A stretch of DNA of 64,000 nt from Parcubacteria group bacterium (GCA_016204045.1 JACQLQ010000004.1:24981-88980), one strand, 5' to 3'. Positions 27,068-36,364 are shown, counted from the stretch's first letter. Numbers and translations are program-made. The notes: a model not told the origin generated them from the letters alone.

Positions 27068-28321
27068 CTACAGTGTCTGTGCGAGCTGTCCCGAAGAATC
27101 TGTCGGGGAACTCCCAAATATCTGCATGCGTTTCTTCGCCTCGTACGTCACGACGGGGAGGCCGTCGAGGAATGTCACTTCCGAGTGTTTCTTCCATTGG
27201 GCACTAAGTGCAGTTTCCCAGGAGAGAATCCATGGACGTACTCGGATGTTGATCAACCCAGCGAGTTCCTTTACGCGGTTAATTGCGTGAAGAAAATCAA
27301 TATCACCGGTGATGAGTGCGAGTATAAGCTCTTCGCCCTCCACCATCTCACCCATCTGTCTTACGGAGTGGTATACAATGTCCGCGGCCATCAAGGGGTC
27401 GGTGTCAGACTTTTCGTGGAAAATGATCTGGAAACTCCCCCGCGCGGCACTACCCCGCATATTCTTCTGCGCCGCAAAATTCTTCACGAGGCGCGGACTC
27501 GAATATACATACGCCCAACCACCAGCAAGAGAGAGCGGCTCATTCCCCGAAGGTCCGAGACAAACACGATGCATGAGCCCCGCCCAATCTACATCACGCA
27601 ATTCAACAAGGCGCTCTTTGGCGGCCGGGCCCGTAATTGGTTCGACGCGCTCACCGCTAAACTTGCGATTCTTTGCGATAAGCGCCTCGCTTTCTCCGCC
27701 CCTTCTCCGACCAGTCAGATTTGCCGCGTCGACAAAGACGAGTACGCGAGGACGCATCTTCCTCACTGGCGGAGTTTTGTCAGCTGGCGACACTCCCGCG
27801 CCGTGAGCGACAATCTTGCCCCACTCTGCCGCATGCTTCGCGCGCGCGGTAGCCGGTACGACTGCTGCCGGTGCCGATTTGGTTGCACGAGGCAGAAGCG
27901 GTGTTGCTGGCGAACTTGCCCCAGTCTCACTCTCGCCACCCTCTTTCGGAAGCGGTTTCCCATCCCTGCGAAAGATTCGAAACTTCCGCTCCGCTCTGAC
28001 TCCTGCACCACTTGGTGGCGTGGGGGTAGGAGGAGAAGCTACGGCGGTAAGCGGAGTTACGATCTCCTCTGGCCGCTTGATGAAGTGTATTGACTCAATC
28101 GACTTCCCTCTGCCACGGAATTCGAATACGGGCTTTAGCCACTGACATGCGGCTGCCTTATCAATATAGTGACGCCAATTGTTGGGCACATGAAGATATG
28201 CCCGGAAGAGCGTACGACCATCCCCAGCGGCCGTCGCTTTCTCATAAAGATGGCGGTAGACGATCGCGAGATTCTCTTCTGCGGCGCCTGCTCCCCGCTT
28301 CAAAACGGGCCTTGCTGACAT
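27068..28321 (-). CDS. NYN-domain (LabA/MARF1-like PIN-fold nuclease) protein with N-terminal domain and Pro/Ala-rich linker
   Basis: 417 aa. The C-terminal half has NYN signatures: VLVFVDAANL near the domain start and LILALITGDIDFLHAINRVKELAGLINIRV (GD.DF...G, the equivalent of the SgDsDF motif). Residues about 95-190 are low-complexity P/A/T-rich. Confidence 0.6.
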   Translation of the reverse strand: MSARPVLKRGAGAAEENLAIVYRHLYEKATAAGDGRTLFRAYLHVPNNWRHYIDKAAACQWLKPVFEFRGRGKSIESIHFIKRPEEIVTPLTAVASPPTPTPPSGAGVRAERKFRIFRRDGKPLPKEGGESETGASSPATPLLPRATKSAPAAVVPATARAKHAAEWGKIVAHGAGVSPADKTPPVRKMRPRVLVFVDAANLTGRRRGGESEALIAKNRKFSGERVEPITGPAAKERLVELRDVDWAGLMHRVCLGPSGNEPLSLAGGWAYVYSSPRLVKNFAAQKNMRGSAARGSFQIIFHEKSDTDPLMAADIVYHSVRQMGEMVEGEELILALITGDIDFLHAINRVKELAGLINIRVRPWILSWETALSAQWKKHSEVTFLDGLPVVTYEAKKRMQIFGSSPTDSSGQLAQTL

Positions 28322-28368
28322 TGGGCGGCCTCACTTTCTTGTTTAGGTTCGGCTAGGGTTCTTTCGCG

Positions 28369-28396
28369 ATTATGACAGATTTAGCTTATTAGTCAA
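28369..28396 (-). promoter_or_regulatory. Promoter-like site for the NYN gene: TTGACT-16 nt-CATAAT (minus strand)
   Basis: Minus-strand TTGACTAATAAGCTAAATCTGTCATAAT lies 45 nt upstream of the ATG at 28321 and immediately after the dacA-like stop at 28416. Confidence 0.4.
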
Positions 28397-28415
28397 CCTC
28401 GTTATTTGATGCCCC

Positions 28416-29345
28416 TTATTGAGCGCTGATTTCTTCTAGTGTCGCCCAGACGAGTTTCTCCACATCAGAAAAGCGTCCCTCTTCGGTCCCCCCTAAGACA
28501 ACGACGGCGATTGGACGCGTTGGCCCCGCCTCAAACACCACAGCAAGATTACCTCCCGCAAGATCGGTGAACCCTGTTTTGGATGCAATGATCGCGGGGA
28601 GTGTTTCTATCGTCTTGTGGGTATTTTCCACATTATGCACTTTGTTATCGAGCGAGATGAATGTCCGTCTCGCGTACGGAGTCGCTTCGAAAATACTTGG
28701 GTGCTCCCGAAGTGCATACGAAAGGAGGAGCGCGAAGTCGCGCGCAGAGCCATACGCGCCGCTCAACCCCGCCGATACATCAAGTCCGGAAGGATTTATG
28801 AAAAATGTTTGCGTCATACGGAGCGCTCGCGCCTTTTCATTCATAAGGGTACGCATACTGCCCCCTTCTCCTTCTAATTCTCCTGGCGGAAGAGCCCCGA
28901 AGGTCGCCGCGGCCCCGAGTGCAGCCGCCCCATCATTGGAAGAAGTTACAAGCGTGAGGCCGATCAAATCTTTTGCCCGCCAACGCTCGCCTACCAGAAG
29001 CCCGCTATCGCCTTCTTCCGCCACGGCGTCTTTGCCAACAACAATCTCTGCATCTTTCTGCAGAGCCTCTTCTGCCAAGAGCGCCGTCATCACCTTTGTG
29101 AGCGATGCAAGCGACAACTGTGCTTCGGGATTCTTTTCGAAAAGTGGTTTCTCTAGAGCAATGTCCCACACCATAGCTGACCGAGCAGAGAGTTGAAGTC
29201 CTTCGTATGGAGAACCAAGGACGTCCGTCTCTGTACCTTTGCTCACTTCTCGAGGAGCTCCCAAAAACAACGCAGACACGAGAAAGACGAATAGCAGAGC
29301 CGCTGCTACCCATACTAGGTTGTGAATTGTGTATCGAGCTTCCAT
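28416..29345 (-). CDS. dacA: D-alanyl-D-alanine carboxypeptidase (S11 family, PBP5/6-like)
   Basis: 309 aa. Signal/TM, SxxK (SLASLTKVMT), SxN (SSND), KTG (KTGFT). Confidence 0.8.
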   Translation of the reverse strand: MEARYTIHNLVWVAAALLFVFLVSALFLGAPREVSKGTETDVLGSPYEGLQLSARSAMVWDIALEKPLFEKNPEAQLSLASLTKVMTALLAEEALQKDAEIVVGKDAVAEEGDSGLLVGERWRAKDLIGLTLVTSSNDGAAALGAAATFGALPPGELEGEGGSMRTLMNEKARALRMTQTFFINPSGLDVSAGLSGAYGSARDFALLLSYALREHPSIFEATPYARRTFISLDNKVHNVENTHKTIETLPAIIASKTGFTDLAGGNLAVVFEAGPTRPIAVVVLGGTEEGRFSDVEKLVWATLEEISAQ

Positions 29346-29350
29346 ACTAG

Positions 29351-29926
29351 TTAGGATTCTTTTTCTGCTACTTCCCCCTCTCTCGAGCCCGCCTGTGTTC
29401 CTTGTACTTTTTCAAACGCCTCCATTTCTGCCCGCACCGTCGCGTACTCTGAAAGCTCGCTTACGTGGGTAACTCCGAGGTGCGCAAGCAAATCAAACGT
29501 TGGTCGATACAGGAAACTGCGTGTATCTTCGGGATTGGAAACCCGCTCGATCAATCCCCTCACTAGCAAATTTCTTAGGATAAAACTCGAATTAACGCCT
29601 CGTATGTAGTCGATATTACTCCGAGAAAGCGGTCCGCGATAGAGAATAATAGTGAGCGTTTCGAGTGAAGCCTTACCCAGGTCTTTTGACAGTTCTTCCT
29701 TGTTAATTTTTTCGATTAAGGCGCTCACCTCCGGGGCGGTCCCGAGCATAACCTCATCATCTTTCCTTAGAAGAGCAACACCCCGGTCCTTGAGGGCTAC
29801 CCCGAGCGTCACGAGCGCCTCTTCGACCTCCTTTTCGCTTGCACCCAAAAGTCGCCCGAGCTCTTTACCGGTAAGCGGCTCTGCTTTGTGAAAAAGTATG
29901 GATTCAATTTGTTTGTCTAATGACAT
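29351..29926 (-). CDS. scpB: Segregation and condensation protein B
   Basis: Winged-helix repeats. N-terminus from MSLDKQIESILFHKAEPLTGKEL, typical ScpB. Start trimmed from the ORF-track GTG at 29965 to the ATG at 29926, which also removes the overlap with scpA. Confidence 0.85.
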   Translation of the reverse strand: MSLDKQIESILFHKAEPLTGKELGRLLGASEKEVEEALVTLGVALKDRGVALLRKDDEVMLGTAPEVSALIEKINKEELSKDLGKASLETLTIILYRGPLSRSNIDYIRGVNSSFILRNLLVRGLIERVSNPEDTRSFLYRPTFDLLAHLGVTHVSELSEYATVRAEMEAFEKVQGTQAGSREGEVAEKES

Positions 29927-29933
29927 GAGTCTT

Positions 29934-30686
29934 TCAGAGGTATTTGGGAGTTGCCACATCTCCACTTTCCATTGCTATATCTTCAAAATGCTTATCCTGT
30001 CGCACTGTAATAATACCACGCTTCACAAGCTCTAACATTGCGAGAAAGCTCACGACGATACCAATTGTATCTTTTTTATCACGCGCGAACTCCTTGAAAC
30101 TGATAGCAAGCGCTCCTCGAATGCGCCCCGCCAAATCGTCCATCATCTCCTCGAGCGAAATGACCTTGCGTACCATGATTTGGGGAATATCACTAATCTT
30201 TGGCAATCGCTTAAGTACATTCATTACGGTGGACAACAGGTTCGGCGCCGTAAGTTCGCCCGTTGGCGCAAAGACCGGAATTATATCCTTCGAGGGTTCA
30301 CGATAATAGACGATTGCCGCACCATATCGTTCGCGCACTATGGGGACAAGGTCACGCATTCGCTTGAGAAGGCGTAGGCGTTCTTCAAGGTTCTCGATGT
30401 TCTCCTCCTCTTCTTCTGTGAGAGTAAGCGCCGGAAGCAGTGCCCGCGACTTGATGAGAACCAGCGTCGAGGCGACAAGAATGAAATCGGCCGCTTCTCG
30501 TGTTGGAAATTCGGGAAGTGATTCAATGTACGAGATATAGTCGTCGGTAATCTCGGCAAGCGACACATCGCTTATGTGGAGTTTCCGCTCTTGGATAAGT
30601 GTCAAAAGAAGGTCCAGTGGGCCTTCAAATGTACGCGTCTTTACCTTGTATCCTTGCCCTTCCTGACTACTCATGGAATCAATCAC
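29934..30686 (-). CDS. scpA: Segregation and condensation protein A
   Basis: 250 aa kleisin. N-terminal FEGPLDLLLTLIQERKLHISDVSLAEITDDY. Confidence 0.85.
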   Translation of the reverse strand: MIDSMSSQEGQGYKVKTRTFEGPLDLLLTLIQERKLHISDVSLAEITDDYISYIESLPEFPTREAADFILVASTLVLIKSRALLPALTLTEEEEENIENLEERLRLLKRMRDLVPIVRERYGAAIVYYREPSKDIIPVFAPTGELTAPNLLSTVMNVLKRLPKISDIPQIMVRKVISLEEMMDDLAGRIRGALAISFKEFARDKKDTIGIVVSFLAMLELVKRGIITVRQDKHFEDIAMESGDVATPKYL

Positions 30687-32077
30687 TTCTTCTTTTTAAT
30701 GGAGATACCAAGCTCATCTAACTGCTTTTGAGCAACGTCGGAAGGGGCGCTCATCATAAGATCCCTCCCCTCTCCTGTCTTCGGGAATGCGATTACTTCG
30801 CGAATGTTGGGTTCGTTTTGGAGCACCATAATAAAGCGATCGATACCTGGGGCTATGCCACCATGGGGCGGCACTCCACGCCGAAATGCCTCGAGCATGT
30901 GCGCAAACTCTTTTTGTTGTCGTTCGTCAAAGCCAATGAGCTTAAAGATCTTTTGCTGAAGATCGGAATTGTGAATGCGGATACTGCCACCCCCGACTTC
31001 GTAGCCGTTCAGAACCATGTCGTGTTGGTAAGAGCGCACAGAGCCCGGGTCCGTATCGAGTTTTCCTAAGTCTTCCTCCTTTGGGGCTGTGAACATGTGA
31101 TGGCTTGGCGCAAAGTGACCATTCTCAAGGGTGGGCTCGAAAAGCGGAAAATCAAGTACCCACACAAAAGCCAGAAGATCGGGGTCTTCTTTGTTCTCGC
31201 GAATATCCGGTCGGTCGGTTCCGTACTTCTTCATTGCCTCCTCATAGCTCATGCGCGGCCACGGGGTTTGCTGCATGCGTTTCTTCGGGTAGAGCTCCTG
31301 CACAATTGAGGTGTAAAGCTCCTCTGTTAGATTCAAAATCTCCTCCTGTGTTGGAAATGCCATCTCAATATCAAGCTGGGTGAATTCGGCTTGCCTGTCG
31401 CCACGCATGTCTTCATCGCGAAATACGCGGGCAACCTGAAAGTACCGCTCAAAGCCGGAGGCCATGAGAAGTTGTTTGTATTGCTGGGGTGATTGCGGCA
31501 AGGCGTAGAACTTACCTTGGTCCAACCGCGAGGGCACGATGTAGTCTCTCGCTCCTTCGGGGGTCGACTTCGTCAAAATAGGAGTCTCAATCTCCACAAA
31601 ACCTCGTTGCCCTAAAAAGGCGCGCATGTACTGTATGACCTTGTCACGCATGCGCATGTTTTTCTGGAGACGCGCTCGGCGCAAATCGAGATAACGATAT
31701 TTGAGACGAGTCTCTTCGCTCACCTCATACCCTGGAGTTCCAAGGTCAAAGAGTGGTGTTTCGGCGCTGTTCAATACCTCGAGGGCTGTGAACTCGAGCT
31801 CTATGTCGCCGTTGTCTTGCTCGGCGTTCACCATCTTTTCGGGGCGTTTGTTGACCATCGCCTTTCCTTTGATGACCCATTCCTGCCGTAGTGTGTCTGC
31901 TATGTGGTGCGCGGTTTCGTGTGTGGGTTTCGCAACGGTTTGCACCAGTCCTGTCTCATCACGAAGATCGAGGAAGATGAGCTTCCCGTGGTCGCGGCGA
32001 CCTGAAATCCACCCCGCAACAGTAACCTCTTTGCCGACGTGTGAGTGTAAATCCTTAATGTAAGTACGAGATACCAT
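30683..32077 (-). CDS. aspS: Aspartate--tRNA ligase, short form lacking the GAD insertion domain
   Basis: 464 aa. OB-fold N-domain. Class II motifs incl. QSPQQYKQLLMASGFERYFQVARVFRDED and GGGSIRIH. Length about 125 aa shorter than typical bacterial AspRS. Confidence 0.9.
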   Translation of the reverse strand: MVSRTYIKDLHSHVGKEVTVAGWISGRRDHGKLIFLDLRDETGLVQTVAKPTHETAHHIADTLRQEWVIKGKAMVNKRPEKMVNAEQDNGDIELEFTALEVLNSAETPLFDLGTPGYEVSEETRLKYRYLDLRRARLQKNMRMRDKVIQYMRAFLGQRGFVEIETPILTKSTPEGARDYIVPSRLDQGKFYALPQSPQQYKQLLMASGFERYFQVARVFRDEDMRGDRQAEFTQLDIEMAFPTQEEILNLTEELYTSIVQELYPKKRMQQTPWPRMSYEEAMKKYGTDRPDIRENKEDPDLLAFVWVLDFPLFEPTLENGHFAPSHHMFTAPKEEDLGKLDTDPGSVRSYQHDMVLNGYEVGGGSIRIHNSDLQQKIFKLIGFDERQQKEFAHMLEAFRRGVPPHGGIAPGIDRFIMVLQNEPNIREVIAFPKTGEGRDLMMSAPSDVAQKQLDELGISIKKKK

Positions 32078-32085
32078 ATGTTTGT

Positions 32086-33036
32086 TTATCGAACGCCAAC
32101 TTTAGCACGAACATCGCGCATCTTGGTAGACGCAATCGCTCTCGCCCTCTCCCCTCCTTCTCGCAGAAGCGCGTCAACATCGTACTCTTTCTCGAGCTTC
32201 TCGCGCTTTTCTCGCATCGGCGCAATAAATGCATCCAAATCTTCGACAAGCGCCTCCTTGAGCGCTTTGTAATTCCCCACATGTGCGTCGTACAAGGGCT
32301 CCAATACTTGGGCATCTCGAAGGAGTCGGTGGATTGCAAATACATTTTCTGGACGGCCTCCTTTAGAATCCGTGACAATGGCCATGACCTTTTCTACGAT
32401 GACTTCGCGTGATGCAAAAAGTGGAATGTAGTTATTGTAACTCTTTGACATCTTGCGCCCATCAAGCCCTGGCACCGTCGCAACTTCCTTCATAATGCGC
32501 TCTTCTGGAAGTTTGAAGGTCTCACCAAAAAGTCGATTGAATTTCTCTGCCGTATCTCGCGCAAACTCGACATGCTGTTTTTGATCTTGCCCGACAGGAA
32601 CAACGTCCGTATCATAGAGCAAAATGTCCGCCGCCATAAGCATTGGGTAATCAAAAGTACCGACAGACACCTCCTCACCCTTAGCTTCTGCATCCTTGTA
32701 CGCGTGTCCACGCGAGAGATAGGAGACGGTCGTGATGCAGTTAAAAATCCAAGCAAGTTCAGTGTGTTCGGGAACGTCGGATTGGCGAAAAAGAAGTACT
32801 TTCTTGGGATCGAGCCCGACCGAGAGATAGCCGAGAATAACTTCTCTGACAAAACTCTTAAGTAGTTTTGGATCGTGGAGTGTCGTCAGCGCGTGATAGT
32901 CTGGGATGAAAAAAGTGCTCTCGTATTCACTCTGAAGCTCCACTGACTGCTTCATCATGCCGAAATAGTTGCCGATATGGAGAAGCCCCGTCGGCTTGAT
33001 GCCGGAGAGCATTTTCTTCCTCTCTTTCATCCCCAT
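32086..33036 (-). CDS. trpS: Tryptophan--tRNA ligase
   Basis: 316 aa. Class I motifs GIKPTGLLHIGNYFG and KMSKS (RKMSKSYNN). Confidence 0.9.
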   Translation of the reverse strand: MGMKERKKMLSGIKPTGLLHIGNYFGMMKQSVELQSEYESTFFIPDYHALTTLHDPKLLKSFVREVILGYLSVGLDPKKVLLFRQSDVPEHTELAWIFNCITTVSYLSRGHAYKDAEAKGEEVSVGTFDYPMLMAADILLYDTDVVPVGQDQKQHVEFARDTAEKFNRLFGETFKLPEERIMKEVATVPGLDGRKMSKSYNNYIPLFASREVIVEKVMAIVTDSKGGRPENVFAIHRLLRDAQVLEPLYDAHVGNYKALKEALVEDLDAFIAPMREKREKLEKEYDVDALLREGGERARAIASTKMRDVRAKVGVR

Positions 33037-33176
33037 ATCCTAACAGCAAAAAACGGAACAAGCAACGTAAACATTGGTTATATTGCCGGCCGAGACATGC
33101 GAATACGGGAATGATTTACAACCGCCATGGAAGTGTAGTATTGTGAGCCTAGTGTCCTTGACGTAGGAGCAAAGTT

Positions 33177-33701
33177 GTGACACACACAGGGACTTCAGTT
33201 CCGCCGCTCGTGACCCGATTGGCTCGAGAGCTCGGACTTTCTCTCGCGTTCGTAGAAGCTGCGCAGAGACGTGAGGATGAGCAAAGTGAGTGGGGCACTT
33301 TGTGGGCAATTGCCAGAAACGAAGATACTCCCGTCACTGTGTTAAGCAAGCTCGCAACACACGACGGTGCTGATGTGCGCCTTGCTATCGTAATGAATCG
33401 TAAGACGCCCGAGGAGCTTCTGGTCCGTTTTGTGAACGACGAGGGTCCAATTATCCGGCGCGAGACAGCGACGAGGTTGTCGACCCAGACCGAAGCATTG
33501 CGCACTCTGGCAAAAGACGCAGACTCGAGCGTGCGGGTAGCTGTTGGGGCAAATCAAAACACACCCATTGATGTCCTTGAGGAGATGACTTCAGACTCTG
33601 AGGAGAGCGTACGTCTTGCCGTAGCGACGAACAAAGCTTCGCCTGACCACGTTAAGACAAAAGCGCGCGCACCAAGAGTGGTGTCAAAACCAAAAGCCTA
33701 G
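33177..33701 (+). CDS. Leucine-rich-repeat-variant (LRV)/HEAT-like repeat protein
   Basis: 174 aa with about 5 repeats of the pattern xxVRxAVAxNxxTPxxVLxxLAxDxD. Confidence 0.5.
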   Translation: MTHTGTSVPPLVTRLARELGLSLAFVEAAQRREDEQSEWGTLWAIARNEDTPVTVLSKLATHDGADVRLAIVMNRKTPEELLVRFVNDEGPIIRRETATRLSTQTEALRTLAKDADSSVRVAVGANQNTPIDVLEEMTSDSEESVRLAVATNKASPDHVKTKARAPRVVSKPKA

Positions 33702-33717
33702 GCTTTTGGTTTTTTTG
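33689..33717. terminator. Bidirectional intrinsic terminator between convergent LRV and histidine-kinase genes
   Basis: ACCAAAAGCC-TA-GGCTTTTGGT hairpin with an A-tract upstream and TTTTTTTG downstream. It overlaps the LRV stop codon. Confidence 0.6.
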
Positions 33718-33738
33718 TTTTATCGAGCGAAGAAACCT

Positions 33739-35388
33739 CTATTTCCCCGTCGGCAACTCAATATAGAACGTCGATCCCTTACCCTTACCCTCTGATTCAA
33801 CCCAAATCCTTCCATGATGCGCATCGACTATCTGTTTTGCGATATAGAGTCCGAGCCCAGTACCTCCTGTATTTACCTTAAAGGCGCCGTCAGCTCGAGA
33901 AAACTTCTGGAAGAGTTTTTCGGCATCCTCCTTCCCAACACCAACGCCCGTGTCAGCAACCGCAAGTCGCACAAGGTTCTTGCCGGGAACAAGTGCGGTC
34001 GAAATAGTAATCCCCCCTTCTTTGGTATATTTGACGGCATTATCAATAATGTTTTCGATAACTTGGCTTAGCTTACCGGAGTCGCCGATGATACTGCATG
34101 CGTCTTCTTCTCCGACACGCATTTTGAGAACAAGCCCCTTCTTCTCTATCGTCGGACGAAACTCCTTCACAATATCGCGCACACGCTCGCAAAGGTCTAT
34201 TGTCTGAAATTCATATTTGAGCCGGTTCTGCTCGATACGGGAAATGGTGAGGAAGTCTTCCACCACCTTGACGAGCCGATCGCTGGAGACAAACACTCGG
34301 TCCAGGGCCTCTCGCGCCTTGGGGGGGAATTCTCCAAACGATCCCTCGATAAGCATGGAAACGTAGCCCTTGATAGCGGTGAGGGGGCTCCGAAGCTGAT
34401 GCGAAGCAAGCGAGAGAAACTCGGACTTCCGCTGGTCAAGCTCTTTCAACTTCTCGTTAGCCGCGGCAAGCTCTCCCGCCAGACGCTCAACCTCCTCGCG
34501 CGCCTTCACCTCCTGGAGCACGCTTCGAATGAGGAGGATGCCGAAAACAATAGTAACAAGGAGAAGGACGACGTTGATGATGCGATCCCCTGTGTCACTC
34601 GAGGCAATCGTCCGGGCAAGCAAAATAACCCAAATACCCACGGTAAGCACCTCCGCGAAGATAACCTTGAGGTTAAAGAAGTTGTATCTCATGAGGTTGT
34701 AGAGCCCAATGCCGGTGAGAGCGGTCGTGACCAAAATAGGATTGATATAGAACAAAGAAAAGTTCCCGAAGAGTGGGAAGACGAGGTTAAAAACAATACC
34801 AAGTGTGCCTGCGGCAAAATTTGCGAGAAGTGCAAAGCGTATTTGTTGCCTCGCACTTACGAGAGCCTTCTCTGGCGAACGGAGTTTTGCCCAAAAAACA
34901 GCGATACCCGCCAAGAACACTGCTGTTAGCATTGCGATAAAAGCAATGTACCCAGGCAGATTAAAAATGATCCGGTCACCTACACTTTCTCCTCCAAGAA
35001 TTGCTTTGAGCACTAAGTCGGTGGTCGGTATAGAAAGAAGAAGCCCAATGGTGACGACAGAAACCAGAGATGGGATAAAGAACGGAACCCGTGATGGAAC
35101 TGGGTAATACAGCGCAAACCAAAAGAAGGAGAGATAGGCGATGTAGCCGAAGATGTAATGGAGGTTTGCCGCCGCCGCAAAGACTTCGAAGGGGAAGACA
35201 TCGACGAGCGTGAGCAGGGTCGCAATCGACCACAAGCTTGCAAAGACTGATATGAGCACATAAAAGAGGACGCTTCTTGTGCGCGTACTATGAAAATACA
35301 CCAAGCCAGCAAAGGCGAGGTTAATAACGGCGAAGATGATGAGAAATACTCCTAAGACGTTGCCGTAGAGCATAGTGTGATCTTTCAA
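33739..35388 (-). CDS. Sensor histidine kinase with polytopic N-terminal membrane domain (no adjacent response regulator)
   Basis: 549 aa. About 8 TM helices, coiled coil, H-box (SHQLRSPLTAIKGY), N/G1/G2 boxes (GGTGLGLYIAK). Confidence 0.85.
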   Translation of the reverse strand: MKDHTMLYGNVLGVFLIIFAVINLAFAGLVYFHSTRTRSVLFYVLISVFASLWSIATLLTLVDVFPFEVFAAAANLHYIFGYIAYLSFFWFALYYPVPSRVPFFIPSLVSVVTIGLLLSIPTTDLVLKAILGGESVGDRIIFNLPGYIAFIAMLTAVFLAGIAVFWAKLRSPEKALVSARQQIRFALLANFAAGTLGIVFNLVFPLFGNFSLFYINPILVTTALTGIGLYNLMRYNFFNLKVIFAEVLTVGIWVILLARTIASSDTGDRIINVVLLLVTIVFGILLIRSVLQEVKAREEVERLAGELAAANEKLKELDQRKSEFLSLASHQLRSPLTAIKGYVSMLIEGSFGEFPPKAREALDRVFVSSDRLVKVVEDFLTISRIEQNRLKYEFQTIDLCERVRDIVKEFRPTIEKKGLVLKMRVGEEDACSIIGDSGKLSQVIENIIDNAVKYTKEGGITISTALVPGKNLVRLAVADTGVGVGKEDAEKLFQKFSRADGAFKVNTGGTGLGLYIAKQIVDAHHGRIWVESEGKGKGSTFYIELPTGK

Positions 35389-35435
35389 TCTTTATACTAC
35401 CACAGGGCAATATACCTATGTGGAGAGAAACATAT

Positions 35436-35456
35436 AAAAAGCCGCTCGAGAGCGGC
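35436..35456 (-). terminator. Terminator-like hairpin after the 35466..36224 gene (minus strand)
   Basis: GCCGCTC/GAGCGGC palindrome. On the minus strand it is followed by TTTTTATATG. Confidence 0.5.
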
Positions 35457-35465
35457 TCAAAAACA

Positions 35466-36224
35466 TTACGTAATATCTAGCGCATCAACACGTGCCCGCT
35501 CGAGTACCTCTTCGGCCGCTTGGCTAAAAAGCAACTCGACTGCCTTAGTCTCACGCTTCATGTCTTCTGCAACGACGATAGAATCCTCAGACGGATGCAC
35601 TGCGCGAGCCAGATCTTCATCGATCTCGAGGTGTGATGGCCCATCGTGGTGCGCAATGTGCAACTCCCCCCAGGCAAACTGACCGTCGAGCTGTTCCGTG
35701 AATGGACGCGAACCACAGAGAAAGGCGGAGAGCTCTTCCGCGATGTATTCGGTTGCGGCAAGCGCACAGAAGAACTTGAAAGGATCGTCTGTATACGCCT
35801 TATCGATAAGCGCCTGAATGCAATGCACTCTCTCTCGAGCCACCCCGAGTGTGGTCAGATTGAGCCCCATCTTGGAAGCATCGTCATGCCATGTGCGAGC
35901 GTGCTCACCCTCTTCTTCGTGCATCTGACGAAGGACGTGAGCGGCGGAAACAAAGTACTGTTGTGCAATCTCGGTGCTAAAGCGGCCCTTGAGAAGCCTA
36001 CGGAGGGGCAGCCTCTTCGACTGCGCATCAATTGCTTTCTCAAATTCGTACACAAACGGCCAGAAGCCAACGAGGAGCGCCCGCATGGCTGTCGGGCTGC
36101 CTCTGCCACAATTCGCGATGAGTGTCGAACCCTCGACAAGACCGCGAGCAAAGCCACGAAGAAATCCTCGATCAACAATAGGATTGGGATAGAGCAACCA
36201 ATGCTTTCCCGCCGGTTTCGTCAT
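35466..36224 (-). CDS. Heme-oxygenase-like fold (TenA/PqqC/CADD-like) iron-containing redox enzyme family protein
   Basis: Start set at the ATG (MTKPAGKHW...) preceded by GGAGGAACTCTG (strong SD). The ORF-track start is a TTG 43 codons upstream. The helical protein carries conserved E/H residues (EYIAEELSAF, ELHIAHHDG). The family assignment is tentative. Confidence 0.45.
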   Translation of the reverse strand: MTKPAGKHWLLYPNPIVDRGFLRGFARGLVEGSTLIANCGRGSPTAMRALLVGFWPFVYEFEKAIDAQSKRLPLRRLLKGRFSTEIAQQYFVSAAHVLRQMHEEEGEHARTWHDDASKMGLNLTTLGVARERVHCIQALIDKAYTDDPFKFFCALAATEYIAEELSAFLCGSRPFTEQLDGQFAWGELHIAHHDGPSHLEIDEDLARAVHPSEDSIVVAEDMKRETKAVELLFSQAAEEVLERARVDALDIT

Positions 36225-36315
36225 CAGAGTTCCTCCACGTACCAGAACTGATCCTAGAGTAATATATGAAAAGGTCTGTGTCAAACTCAAAGGTTGGTCT
36301 GTACAATTAAAAAAT

Positions 36316-36341
36316 GAAGCCGCCGGTTTCCCAGCGGCTTC
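36316..36341 (-). terminator. Intrinsic terminator after the 194-aa gene (minus strand)
   Basis: 8-bp stem GAAGCCGC/GCGGCTTC. On the minus strand it is followed by ATTTTTTAATTG. Confidence 0.6.
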
Positions 36342-36364
36342 GATACAACGCAACGTCTCGACTG

